The notes under the pieces are model-generated. The model did no database searches and had not been told where the DNA came from. It saw nothing but the letters and a program-made list of their open reading frames with translations. Positions 1 to 8,271 of a stretch of DNA of 64,000 bases are shown piece after piece. Position numbers and translations under genes: made by a program. Source of the stretch: an uncultured delta proteobacterium (GTDB lineage: Bacteria > Myxococcota_A > Polyangia > Polyangiales > B10-G4). Within the stretch, counting starts at the first letter, position 1, and each line of letters begins with the position of its first letter. The DNA lies in the NCBI GenBank assembly GCA_963727445.1, contig CAVSGI010000009.1, positions 384,001 to 448,000 on the forward strand. The letters run 5' to 3'.

Positions 1-833
1 AGGATCAGCGGGACCACCGCCATGTGGGTGATCTCGTACTCCTTCATCGTCCAGTTGATGAACTCGGGGCGGAGCGAGCGCTGATGAATGATCGCCGCGC
101 CGCCGCAGAGCGGACCGACGAAGCCCACCATGAAGTCGATGGCGTGATTCGTCGGCAGGATCGAGAAGTAGCGATCGCCGATGCCCATCGGGAAGAGCGA
201 TCCGAGCGAGCGGTACTGCTCCAGGTAGTTGTCGTGGGTGAGCATGCACCCCTTCGGCCGCCCGCCGGTCCCCGAGGAGTAGACGATGGTCGCGACGTCG
301 TCGCGGGTCCGCGGCACGAAGCCCGGGCTGTGCCCGTTCTCCGCCGCCGGCAGCTCTTCGTAGCGAACCGCGCCTTCTGGCAGCGTCTCCTTCTCCGGAG
401 CCTCGCTCACGACGACCAGGGGGACGGACGCCACGTCGTCCCCGAAGCGCCGCCATAGGGGGTACTCGACGAAGAGGGCCTTGGGCTTGGCGTGGGCGAG
501 GAGGGCGGCCTGGTCGTCGGTCTCGAGCTTGTAGTCGAGAGGGACGAGGATCGCGCCTCGGTACATGGCGGCGTAGGCGCTGATGAGCCAGCGGGGCTGG
601 TTGCTCATCAGGATGGCGACGCGGTCGCCGGCGCCGATGCCCGCATCCTCGAGGAGGCGCGCGACCTTCATCGCTTCGCGCCGGAAGTCGTTGTACGTGT
701 ACGCCGACTTCTCCTTCTTGCGGCTCGCCTCGACGAGCGCGATCTCGCTCTTGTAGGTGAGGAGCGCGTCGGTGAGGAGCTCGCCCAGCGAGTCGTAGCG
801 CTCGGGCGCGATCATCGTGTGCGTCTCGCTCAC
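1..833 (-). CDS. AMP-binding long-chain acyl-CoA synthetase/ligase (5' part; continues off the left edge)
   Basis: Not in the ORF track. Manual translation from GTG at 833 (GTGA overlap with ACP stop) gives MSETHTMIAPERYDSLGELL...GDRVAILMSNQPRW...DDVATIVYSSGTGGRPKGCMLTHDN, the AMP-binding signature. Confidence 0.9.
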   Translation of the reverse strand, partial: MSETHTMIAPERYDSLGELLTDALLTYKSEIALVEASRKKEKSAYTYNDFRREAMKVARLLEDAGIGAGDRVAILMSNQPRWLISAYAAMYRGAILVPLDYKLETDDQAALLAHAKPKALFVEYPLWRRFGDDVASVPLVVVSEAPEKETLPEGAVRYEELPAAENGHSPGFVPRTRDDVATIVYSSGTGGRPKGCMLTHDNYLEQYRSLGSLFPMGIGDRYFSILPTNHAIDFMVGFVGPLCGGAAIIHQRSLRPEFINWTMKEYEITHMAVVPLI

Positions 834-1063
834 AGCCGCCTCCCGATGATCTCGGCCAGGCCGCCGAAGGTGTTGACGCCCTGGACCTCGTAATCCGGAA
901 TCTCGACGTCGAACTCCTCTTCGAGCTCGGTGAGCATGTCCATCGCCTGGTAGCTGTCGATCCCCAGCTTCTCGAAGAAGTCGTCCCCGGCAACCAGGGT
1001 CGACGCGTCCTTGTCGAAGCGCTTGGCTGCGAGCGCGATGAGCTTTTTCTCGATGTCGGTCAT
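830..1063 (-). CDS. Acyl carrier protein
   Basis: 77 aa, acidic, LGIDSYQ phosphopantetheine-Ser motif, ELEEEFDVEIPD; 4-bp overlaps with both neighbours. Confidence 0.92.
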   Translation of the reverse strand: MTDIEKKLIALAAKRFDKDASTLVAGDDFFEKLGIDSYQAMDMLTELEEEFDVEIPDYEVQGVNTFGGLAEIIGRRL

Positions 1064-2028
1064 GGCAGGTACGGCCTCACGTCGTCGGACTCGACGAACT
1101 TCTTCAGCGCCGCCTCGACCACCGGCGAGGCGAAGAGATGAGTGAAGAGGCGCTTCTCGCGGTCCAGGTCGCGGCGCGGCAGCGGCTTGATGAAGGGCTT
1201 GGCGAGGGCGCTGGTGTCGCGGTCGAAGCGCGCCGCCTGCTTGGCGACCTCGATGGCGACGTTCAACGCTTCGCCCCGCGCCACCACCTGAGAGACGAGG
1301 CCCACCTCGTGGGCCCGCGTCGCGCGCAGGCTCCGCCCGGTCAGCAGGAGGTCGCGCACCACGGCGTTGCCGAGATCGCGATTGAGGCGCGGCACTCCGC
1401 CGAAGCCGGGCACCAGACCCAGGCGCAGCTCCGGGAAGCAGAAGCGCGCGCTCTTGTCGGCGATGATCACGTCAGAGGTCAGCGCCAGCTCGAAGCCGCC
1501 GCCGAAGACGAAGCCGTGCACGGCGGCGATGGTGGTGATGGGCACCGTGTCGAAGACGTCGAAGACGCGGTGGATGCGATCGATGAAGCTCCGGAGCTCG
1601 TGCGCCTGGGCGAGGAGCGGCACGCCCGAGGCTTTGCGCTCCTGTATGCCTTCGTAGAGCTCGCGCAGGTCGGCCCCGGCGCTGAAGCCCTTCTCGCGCG
1701 CGCTGTAGAAGACGAGCGCCCGCGCGCCACCGGCCCCGCGCTCGAGGTAGCCGGCGAGCTTCTCGAGCTCGCCCAGCATGACGGTTCCGATCTCGTTGAT
1801 CGGCGCCCGGTCGAGGGTGACCTGGAGCGCTTCGCCGTCGTGCTCCCACCGGATCGCCTCGCCCGCGAAGGCCTCGGGCCGCGCGTTCTTCGCCATCTTG
1901 GAGAACGCCGCCGGGTCCGAGAAGGGCCGCTCCTCACCGCTCAGCACGCGCCCGACCACCGACCGCACGTGCTCCCCGTCGAGCACCGCGCGCGCGATCC
2001 GCGTCTTGAGCTGGTCCTTCTTGCTCAC
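1060..2028 (-). CDS. Enoyl-CoA hydratase/isomerase (crotonase family)
   Basis: FSAGADL, AAVHGFVFGGGFELAL, FCFPELRLGLVPGFGG motifs; start placed at GTG 2028 overlapping the upstream stop. Confidence 0.9.
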   Translation of the reverse strand: MSKKDQLKTRIARAVLDGEHVRSVVGRVLSGEERPFSDPAAFSKMAKNARPEAFAGEAIRWEHDGEALQVTLDRAPINEIGTVMLGELEKLAGYLERGAGGARALVFYSAREKGFSAGADLRELYEGIQERKASGVPLLAQAHELRSFIDRIHRVFDVFDTVPITTIAAVHGFVFGGGFELALTSDVIIADKSARFCFPELRLGLVPGFGGVPRLNRDLGNAVVRDLLLTGRSLRATRAHEVGLVSQVVARGEALNVAIEVAKQAARFDRDTSALAKPFIKPLPRRDLDREKRLFTHLFASPVVEAALKKFVESDDVRPYLP

Positions 2029-3551
2029 GCGTAGAGCTCCTTCAGCTTCGCCACGTTCGGCGGAAGCGCCGGGAGGTGATCCCACGGGTCGCCCCCCGCG
2101 CCGATCCCCTCGCGGAACGGGAACTCTGGATGGTGCGTCTTGACGTGCTCGGCCAGGTCGATGCCCATCTGGCCCATGCGCTCGAGGTTCTTCACCACGC
2201 AGCGCCCGATGCCCTCGCGCATCGTCTCGCCGTCGCGGATCAGCTCGACCAGGACGTCGTAGGTCTTGTCGGCGAGATTCGGGTCGTCCACCTCGAGGGC
2301 GAGGTGCGGTGTCCCGCGGTCCACCATCAGATTGCGGATCCGCTCGTCCATGGTGATCCCCGCCGACGGAACGAGGCCGGGCATCGATGTCACGATGGCG
2401 TGATAGCGGCTCGAGACCATCGCGCTCGCCTGGCGGATCACGCTGACCATCTCGTACATCTCGTGCTCGTCCGAGACGAAGACCGGCATCCCGCCGAAGA
2501 TGTCAGCGAGCATCTCGCAGGCGCCCCGGTCGAGCTGCTCCATGCCCACCGCGATCGGGAAGCACTCGTGCTCGTCGGCGAAGCGGCGCGCCGCCTCGGC
2601 CATCGCCCGTACGTACGTCTTCTGCTTGTCGCGGATCTCGTCGCTCGACGCGTGGAAGTAGACCGACTTGTAGTGGCTCGGGTCGTCCGCTCCGGCGGCG
2701 ACCAGCGCCGCCTTCAACACGTCCGGCTTCACCGGCCACCAGAAGGCGTTGATCGGGCAGAGCGCGATGACCGGCTTCTCCCCGTCCCATCCCGCGTCGC
2801 GGAGGAGCTTCTGCCCCACGGCGTCGGGCGCAGGCGCGAAGGTCCATGCGGTATCGGTCCCGGCCCGCGACGCGACGCCGAGCCGCGACAGCACCTCGCG
2901 GCTCTCGGCGTTGCGCGCGATGATCAGCGCGTCCTGGCAGTACTTGCGGACCAGCTCCTCGAGGGACTCGTCCATCTTGCCCGCCTCGCCGCCGTACCCG
3001 ACGGCGATCTTGCCCTCGGCCGACGCCAGGCCCAGCGAACCCACCATCATCGTCGACAGTGCGTTGGCGAACTTGCTCTTGAACATCGAGCCTTCGCACG
3101 CGATCACGCCGTGCTGCTTGTGCACGGTGTCGAAGAGGAACTTCGGATAGAGCTGGGGAAGCGTCAGCTGCTTCACCGTGCGGAAGTAGCCGCGGCTCAG
3201 CTCGGGATCGATGGTCAGGATCGACAGCTCGACGTGGTCGTCGCCGAAGACGTGTCGGAACTGCCGGATCATCTCCTCCACGCGCACGTCGGCCCCGGTG
3301 TTGCGCGTCCCGGTGTAGCCAGCGAGCAGGAGCCGGAGCGGCCGCCCGGGCGTCCACACCGCGCCCGCATCGAGCGCGTAGCGACTCTTGGCGAGCTCGA
3401 TGAAGCCAGCCATCGTGCCCATCAGCACCTTGTCGGAGTCGACGCCGTCCTTGGTGGACTCGGCGACCTTCTTCACGAAGCGCCGGGCGCTGGCGAAGAG
3501 CCCGTCACCACCCCGCTTCGCGAGCAGCGCGCTGGTCGTCGGGGCGCTCAC
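2025..3551 (-). CDS. Polysaccharide pyruvyl transferase family protein
   Basis: AGYTGTRNTGAD N-terminal motif, IIARNAES, TDTAW, SSRYHAIV C-terminal motif typical of CsaB/WcaK-like proteins. Confidence 0.8.
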   Translation of the reverse strand: MSAPTTSALLAKRGGDGLFASARRFVKKVAESTKDGVDSDKVLMGTMAGFIELAKSRYALDAGAVWTPGRPLRLLLAGYTGTRNTGADVRVEEMIRQFRHVFGDDHVELSILTIDPELSRGYFRTVKQLTLPQLYPKFLFDTVHKQHGVIACEGSMFKSKFANALSTMMVGSLGLASAEGKIAVGYGGEAGKMDESLEELVRKYCQDALIIARNAESREVLSRLGVASRAGTDTAWTFAPAPDAVGQKLLRDAGWDGEKPVIALCPINAFWWPVKPDVLKAALVAAGADDPSHYKSVYFHASSDEIRDKQKTYVRAMAEAARRFADEHECFPIAVGMEQLDRGACEMLADIFGGMPVFVSDEHEMYEMVSVIRQASAMVSSRYHAIVTSMPGLVPSAGITMDERIRNLMVDRGTPHLALEVDDPNLADKTYDVLVELIRDGETMREGIGRCVVKNLERMGQMGIDLAEHVKTHHPEFPFREGIGAGGDPWDHLPALPPNVAKLKELYA

Positions 3552-4708
3552 GCCTGGATCTCCGTCGGGACGTGAACCCGGACCGGTCGGTCGGGGAAGG
3601 GCTTGTAGGGGTACTGGTAGTCGTGATCGCGCACCCAGTGGTAGAGCGGCACGCAGTAGTCGACGAAGGGCACCGGCGCCTCCCCGCGCAGCGCCTCGAC
3701 CGCGCGGCTGTTGTCGAAGACCGTGTCGTAGGTCATGTATGGCCAGAACACCTTGAGCACCGCCGCCAGGCCGGTGACCGCGTTGCGGGCCGGGAACTGG
3801 TCGACGAGGCCGACGAGCGTCGAAAAGCCCTGGTCGAGCGCTGGCACGAAGCGCGCGGGCCGCTGCCCGATCGCTCGCGCCACCACCTGCGTGATCTCGC
3901 GCGCGGTGTTCGACGCCTCGCCCGCGGAGAGGCTGTAGGCGTCGTACTTCGGCTCCGGCGTGAGGAACACCTTGGTGATCACCCGGGACACCCAGTCCAC
4001 GTTCGCGATGTCGATGCGCACGTTGCCGTCCATCGGAAGGATCGGCAGGCCGGCGAGGATGCCCAGCATCTTCGCCATGTCGAAGGCCGTGGTCCGGGGG
4101 TGCCGCGCGTCACCGAAGACGCTCACCGGCCGGTAGACGACCCGCGTCACGTCGGGCAGGAGCTCGTCCACCATGTGCTCGGCGAACTTCTTGGTGCGCG
4201 CGTAGGGGTCGTAGTCCGAACGATCCCACTCGACGGTCTCGTCCTCGGTCAGCACTTCGCCGTGGCGCTTACCCGCCACCGCGGCGGTCGAGATGTGATC
4301 GAAGCGACGAAGGCCGTGATGGTCGCGCGCGTCGCGCGCCATCTCGATGACGGCGAGGGTGCCACGGAGGTTGTGGTTGAAGCAGGCCTTGGCCGACTTG
4401 CGGTTGAGCGACGCCGCGATGTGCAGGAACGACGAAGACCCGCGGACCACGCGATCGTAGGTCTCGTCGTCGAAGCCGAGCCGCGGCTCGGTGAGGTCGC
4501 CGAGGGCGATGTCGATCCGATCGAGCGCGTCGAAGAACTCGGGGCCGTCCATGTGATTCTGGAAGGCGCGCCAGATCTTCTCTTCGGCGGCCTTTCGGCT
4601 GCCGCCGCGGACCAGGAGCGTCAAGCGTTCGTCACTTCGCCGCAGCAGGCGCGCCGCGACGTAGCTGCCGATGAATCCGGTACCACCGGTGACAAAGATG
4701 CTCATCAC
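3548..4708 (-). CDS. Extended SDR / thioester-reductase-like NAD(P)-dependent oxidoreductase
   Basis: VTGGTGFIG Rossmann motif, HIAA, HISTAAV, YARTK (YxxxK), YRP. Confidence 0.88.
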   Translation of the reverse strand: MMSIFVTGGTGFIGSYVAARLLRRSDERLTLLVRGGSRKAAEEKIWRAFQNHMDGPEFFDALDRIDIALGDLTEPRLGFDDETYDRVVRGSSSFLHIAASLNRKSAKACFNHNLRGTLAVIEMARDARDHHGLRRFDHISTAAVAGKRHGEVLTEDETVEWDRSDYDPYARTKKFAEHMVDELLPDVTRVVYRPVSVFGDARHPRTTAFDMAKMLGILAGLPILPMDGNVRIDIANVDWVSRVITKVFLTPEPKYDAYSLSAGEASNTAREITQVVARAIGQRPARFVPALDQGFSTLVGLVDQFPARNAVTGLAAVLKVFWPYMTYDTVFDNSRAVEALRGEAPVPFVDYCVPLYHWVRDHDYQYPYKPFPDRPVRVHVPTEIQA

Positions 4709-6420
4709 GGTTCCTCTCGAAGAAGGGTCGGCTCGGCCGAGGTCGCGCCGGCACTCTGCTGGCGGCGAGCGGAGGCGCTCGAGCCCTTCACCCGCGCCTC
4801 GGGGGCGCCGGCCTCAGCCTGGGAGCGCGCTCTTTCAGGGCGCGGGAAGGGGGGATCCTCGTCGATGCGTTCGTTGCGGAGCAACGGCAGGCACCAGAGC
4901 TCGAGGCCGGGCACGTGGATCTCCATCCAGTAGCGCCGCCAGTCGATCTCTTCGGTGTCGTAGCCGAAGAGCGCGCCCTCTTCCTTCGAGAGCTTCGACG
5001 AGAGCGCTCGAACGTTCTTCGTCATGTAGACGTAGTCGTTGTCGTGGATGAAGGGCTTGTAGAGGCGGAGCATGTCCTCGATCAGCCCGATCTGCCGGTC
5101 GGCGTTCCGGAACTCCATCGACCAGCGCTTCATCTTCGAGTCGATGTCGTCGCCCAGGCGTTCGTGGAGCACGCGGGGCAGGGACTCCGTCGGGCGGAAG
5201 TCCTTGAGCCATTTCCGCCCCTTCTGAGCCGTCCGGCGGAGGAACGGCAGCGAGGGGAAGGGGTCTTCCTGTCCATCGCGCGGGACCGCGTCGAGGAAGC
5301 GGATGAGGAGCTTGTCCAGCGCCGCGGCGCCTTCCTTCTTGTGGATGCGCCGCGCAGCGAGCGCCGTCAGGTCGATCGCGCGATCGAAGAAGAGCGGATT
5401 CGTGTCGGAGGTGCCGAGGTGGTAGACGCGCTCGGCTTCGCCTCGGAGCTGCGCCGCGAGGATCAACATCACCGAGCGCGCGACGGTGTCTACGGGGATC
5501 ACGTCGAAGTGATTGTCGGGATTGCTCGGGAAGCTGCGGAACCAGCTCGAGAGGAGCCACACCAACGGCCCGCTGGTGTTGATGCCCTCGTTCCAGCCCG
5601 CGAAGGGATAGTTGCGGGCCGACTCCACCACCGACGGTCGCACCAGGGTGAGATCGATGTCGTCGCGCAGGGCGTGCAGGTGCTCCGACAGACCCTTGGT
5701 GAAGGTGTAGATGTTCGGCCACCCGAGGGACCAGGCCTTCTCGTTGGTGATGGAGACGCGCTCGCGGCGCGTCTCGACGTGGTCGAGCTTCTCGAAGAGC
5801 TCGCGCACCACCTCCGAGGGGTCGAAACGCGTGCCGTTCGGTGAGACGCCGGCCTCGATCTCCTCCGGGATCTCCCCGGAGACGTTGCCCGCGACGAAGG
5901 CGGTCGAGATGTGGAGGAAACGCGGCACGCGCAGGCGCGCCGCCACGTCGGCGGCGTTTTCACCGCCGAGGGTGTTGGTCTTCAGGCCCAGGATCGGATC
6001 GGGCTCGAAGTCGGTGAGCCCCGCGAAGTGGACGACGGCGTCCAGCGTCTCGGCGAGGCGCGAGACCGTGGCCTCGCCGAGGCCGCAGAGCGGCTTGCCC
6101 ACGTCCCCGTCGAGGACCTCCACCCGCTCTTCGACGAAGGCGTGAAAGCGCTCGCGGCCGAGCTTTTCGCGCAGCGGCCGGAGGGCCGGGCTCCGCTCGG
6201 CGAAACGCCAGAAGCGCTCCTCTGCGCTGCCCTTGCGGTTGCCACGCACGACGACGCTGACCCGCCGGATCTCCGGCACGTGGTCGAGGAGCATCGTCAG
6301 CCAGATCTTGCCGAGGAAGCCGGTGACGCCGGTGACCAGGACGTGCTTGCCGGCCAGGGTCTCGCGCACGCGAAGCTCTGCGCCGCGCCCGTTGCCGTTC
6401 TTCTTGCCGTTCGACGCCAC
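4705..6420 (-). CDS. Fatty acyl-CoA reductase (male-sterility family)
   Basis: VTGVTGFLGK, HISTAFV, GWPNIYTFTKGLSE, VRPSVVESA..PFAGW, DVIPVD, C-terminal IDWRRYW...HVPGL. Confidence 0.88.
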   Translation of the reverse strand: MASNGKKNGNGRGAELRVRETLAGKHVLVTGVTGFLGKIWLTMLLDHVPEIRRVSVVVRGNRKGSAEERFWRFAERSPALRPLREKLGRERFHAFVEERVEVLDGDVGKPLCGLGEATVSRLAETLDAVVHFAGLTDFEPDPILGLKTNTLGGENAADVAARLRVPRFLHISTAFVAGNVSGEIPEEIEAGVSPNGTRFDPSEVVRELFEKLDHVETRRERVSITNEKAWSLGWPNIYTFTKGLSEHLHALRDDIDLTLVRPSVVESARNYPFAGWNEGINTSGPLVWLLSSWFRSFPSNPDNHFDVIPVDTVARSVMLILAAQLRGEAERVYHLGTSDTNPLFFDRAIDLTALAARRIHKKEGAAALDKLLIRFLDAVPRDGQEDPFPSLPFLRRTAQKGRKWLKDFRPTESLPRVLHERLGDDIDSKMKRWSMEFRNADRQIGLIEDMLRLYKPFIHDNDYVYMTKNVRALSSKLSKEEGALFGYDTEEIDWRRYWMEIHVPGLELWCLPLLRNERIDEDPPFPRPERARSQAEAGAPEARVKGSSASARRQQSAGATSAEPTLLREEP

Positions 6421-7083
6421 TCAGCCCTCCAGCACCGGCCAGTCGAGGTCACGCGCCATGGCGCGGAGCTGACGGTCGGGATGAATCGCGCAAGGCTTTC
6501 CGATGGACTCGAGGAGCAGCCCGTCGTCCGCGTCGGAGCCGTAAGCACAGGAGCGCGCGAGATCGATGTCGTGCTCGGCGGCGAAGCTCTTCGCCCAACG
6601 GCTCGCCAGGTTACCGTTGATGACGGGGTCGAGCAGGCGGCCGGTGCACTTCCCGTTCTGGATCTCCATTCGATTGCACACGTAGTCGGCCACCCCGAGA
6701 TGCTGCGCCAGTGGGCGGATCACCACCTCGAGGTTGTCGCTGATCAACACGACCTTCTCCCCGCGCTCACGCGCCTCGTCGAGGAGCTTCACGCCCACGG
6801 TGCGGAGCTTCGGCGCGATGTAGTCGTCGAAATACTCCTCGCCGAGAATGATCAGCCGGTCTTCGCTCATGCCGCAGAGGCCCATCCACGCCATGCGGCT
6901 GCCGACGGTCGCGTCGCGCAGTGGACTGCCGAAGAGGAAAGGGGCTGCGAGTGCCACGCTGGACAAGCGCGCGAAGCGCTCGCCCACGTGTTGCGCGTTG
7001 CCAGCGAACCACGCTGCCGCCGTCAGGGTCGGGCGTACGGAGAGACTTCCCTCCACCCGAAAAAACGCCGCTGTTCGACTCAC
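6421..7083 (-). CDS. HAD-IB (SerB-like) superfamily protein with degenerate catalytic motif
   Basis: HAD-IB layout (AAFFxVxGxL, VVLIS, CTGRL, SCAYG...DDGLLL..IGKPCAIHPD); first gene of the lipid operon. Confidence 0.8.
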   Translation of the reverse strand: MSRTAAFFRVEGSLSVRPTLTAAAWFAGNAQHVGERFARLSSVALAAPFLFGSPLRDATVGSRMAWMGLCGMSEDRLIILGEEYFDDYIAPKLRTVGVKLLDEARERGEKVVLISDNLEVVIRPLAQHLGVADYVCNRMEIQNGKCTGRLLDPVINGNLASRWAKSFAAEHDIDLARSCAYGSDADDGLLLESIGKPCAIHPDRQLRAMARDLDWPVLEG

Positions 7084-7165
7084 CTGGATCTCCCCGTGCG
7101 AGGGCGCCGCGGGTCCCGGAGCAAGGACCTGTCGGCGCGAGAGGGGGGTGGTGTAGCTCAGCTAG

Positions 7166-7179
7166 ACTGACGTGTCAGT
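7166..7179. promoter_or_regulatory. Palindromic operator candidate ACTGAC-GT-GTCAGT upstream of lipid operon
   Basis: Perfect 6-2-6 inverted repeat ~85 bp upstream of the HAD start; overlaps a possible minus-strand -35 (CTGACA-17 nt-TACACC). Confidence 0.45.
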
Positions 7180-7285
7180 GCTTCTTTGCCACTATTGTCG
7201 GAGCTGGCTCTGGTCGTGGCGTCGCCGGCGGCTCATCCCCTCGAAAGCACGGCACTAATCCCAGATGGCCCTGACGGAATTAAGT

Positions 7286-7319
7286 CCACCGGCATCCCGC
7301 TCTCGCGAAATGCCGGTGG
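7286..7319 (-). terminator. GC-rich hairpin, probable terminator or 3' stem
   Basis: CCACCGGCAUUUCGC-GAGA-GCGGGAUGCCGGUGG followed by ACUUAAUU (weak U tract). Confidence 0.5.
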
Positions 7320-7371
7320 TGACGCGTGAATCCACGAAGACCTCCCCCGAAGCCCGAGGAAAACGCGTCAT

Positions 7372-7406
7372 GGTTGGCTCGTGTTTCAGGTCAGGTTGGC
7401 TCGTGT
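7372..7406. repeat. 13-bp direct repeat GGTTGGCTCGTGT x2
   Basis: Exact copies at 7372-7384 and 7394-7406 (22-bp period). Confidence 0.9.
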
Positions 7407-7451
7407 CTCTCCTTCGGTTGAAACCGTCGTGTTGGGAGTGAGCGGTTCCTT

Positions 7452-7467
7452 CGCAAGGCGCGTGCCT
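7452..7467 (-). promoter_or_regulatory. Sigma54 -24/-12 promoter
   Basis: AGGCACG-CGCC-TTGCG on the minus strand, exact GG-N10-GC spacing. Confidence 0.6.
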
Positions 7468-7595
7468 CCTTGTCGCCTCTGAGAATTGCTCGAATAACCG
7501 TCAGCGCGAGCCCGTGATGGCGTCTTCAGTTGGCCACTCGGAGCGTTCCGCGTTCCACCAGCTGTTGCCACCGGTCCGCGGCGCGCTCCAAGCTC

Positions 7596-8222
7596 TCAGG
7601 TCGCGTGCCTTCGAGGGGCCAACAGACCGGTGCTGACGCCAACGACGGCGCCCATCAGGCCACCGGTGATGAGGAGCACACCCAGCGCACCGGGACCATA
7701 AGCCCCGGCAGGCATGGCGTTCGTTCCGAAGTAGGAGACCAACATCGCCAGCGCCCAGCCGATGACGTTGGCGGTGATCCACCGCCGCGCGACCTCGCTG
7801 TGACGGCGGAGCAGCAGCGCTTGGGCAGTTCCGAGGATCGCGCCGAGCCCGACCCCCGAGGCCAGGGCGTAGACGATCATGGTGCCGCTGTTCGGGCTGC
7901 TGAAGTCCTCGCTCCCGCCGGCGACCACCGAGCCCACCGCCCAGCCGGCCGCCATGCCGAGCCCAGTGACGGCGGTGAAGCCCCAGGCCGAGAGCTCGGG
8001 AAAGCGGCGCCGTAAGAGCGCGACCTGTGCACCGCCGACGCACGCACCCTCCACGAAGCCGGCGAAGACCATCAGTCCGCGGATCATCCAGGGCGAGGGC
8101 TCGCCCGCCGCCGGCGCGAAGATCGCGCCCACCAGGCCGGCGACCACCCCGCTGAAGGCGAGGCCCATCGCTTCGCCGACGGCGCAGGCGCCGATCCAGG
8201 AGATGAAGATGCGCGGGGGCAC
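7596..8222 (-). CDS. Hypothetical multi-pass membrane protein
   Basis: Hydrophobic Gly/Ala-rich helices with internal repeat (GGAQVALLRR / GTAQALLLRR); C-terminal third of the artefactual 613-aa ORF; start at GTG 8222 uncertain. Confidence 0.7.
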   Translation of the reverse strand: MPPRIFISWIGACAVGEAMGLAFSGVVAGLVGAIFAPAAGEPSPWMIRGLMVFAGFVEGACVGGAQVALLRRRFPELSAWGFTAVTGLGMAAGWAVGSVVAGGSEDFSSPNSGTMIVYALASGVGLGAILGTAQALLLRRHSEVARRWITANVIGWALAMLVSYFGTNAMPAGAYGPGALGVLLITGGLMGAVVGVSTGLLAPRRHAT

Positions 8223-8271
8223 GAGGGCGTGGGTATACCTGCATGCCCCCGCATGACAATGGGCGAGGGAC

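Larger units (their letters stand above)
7279..7441 (-). ncRNA. Candidate sigma54-dependent structured small RNA or leader
   Basis: Duplicated ACACGAGCCAACC; long hairpin UGACGCGU...ACGCGUCA; terminal 15-bp hairpin with GAGA tetraloop; G-U pairs only valid on the minus strand. Confidence 0.5.

Noticed and set aside
7147..7163. GGTGGTGTAGCTCAGCT resembles the 5' end of a tRNA
   Set aside because: No anticodon arm, no GTTCRA T-loop and no matching acceptor stem downstream; no integrase nearby.
7386..7571. 61-aa ORF in the intergenic region
   Set aside because: No RBS or codon bias; overlaps the sigma54 element and structured RNA.
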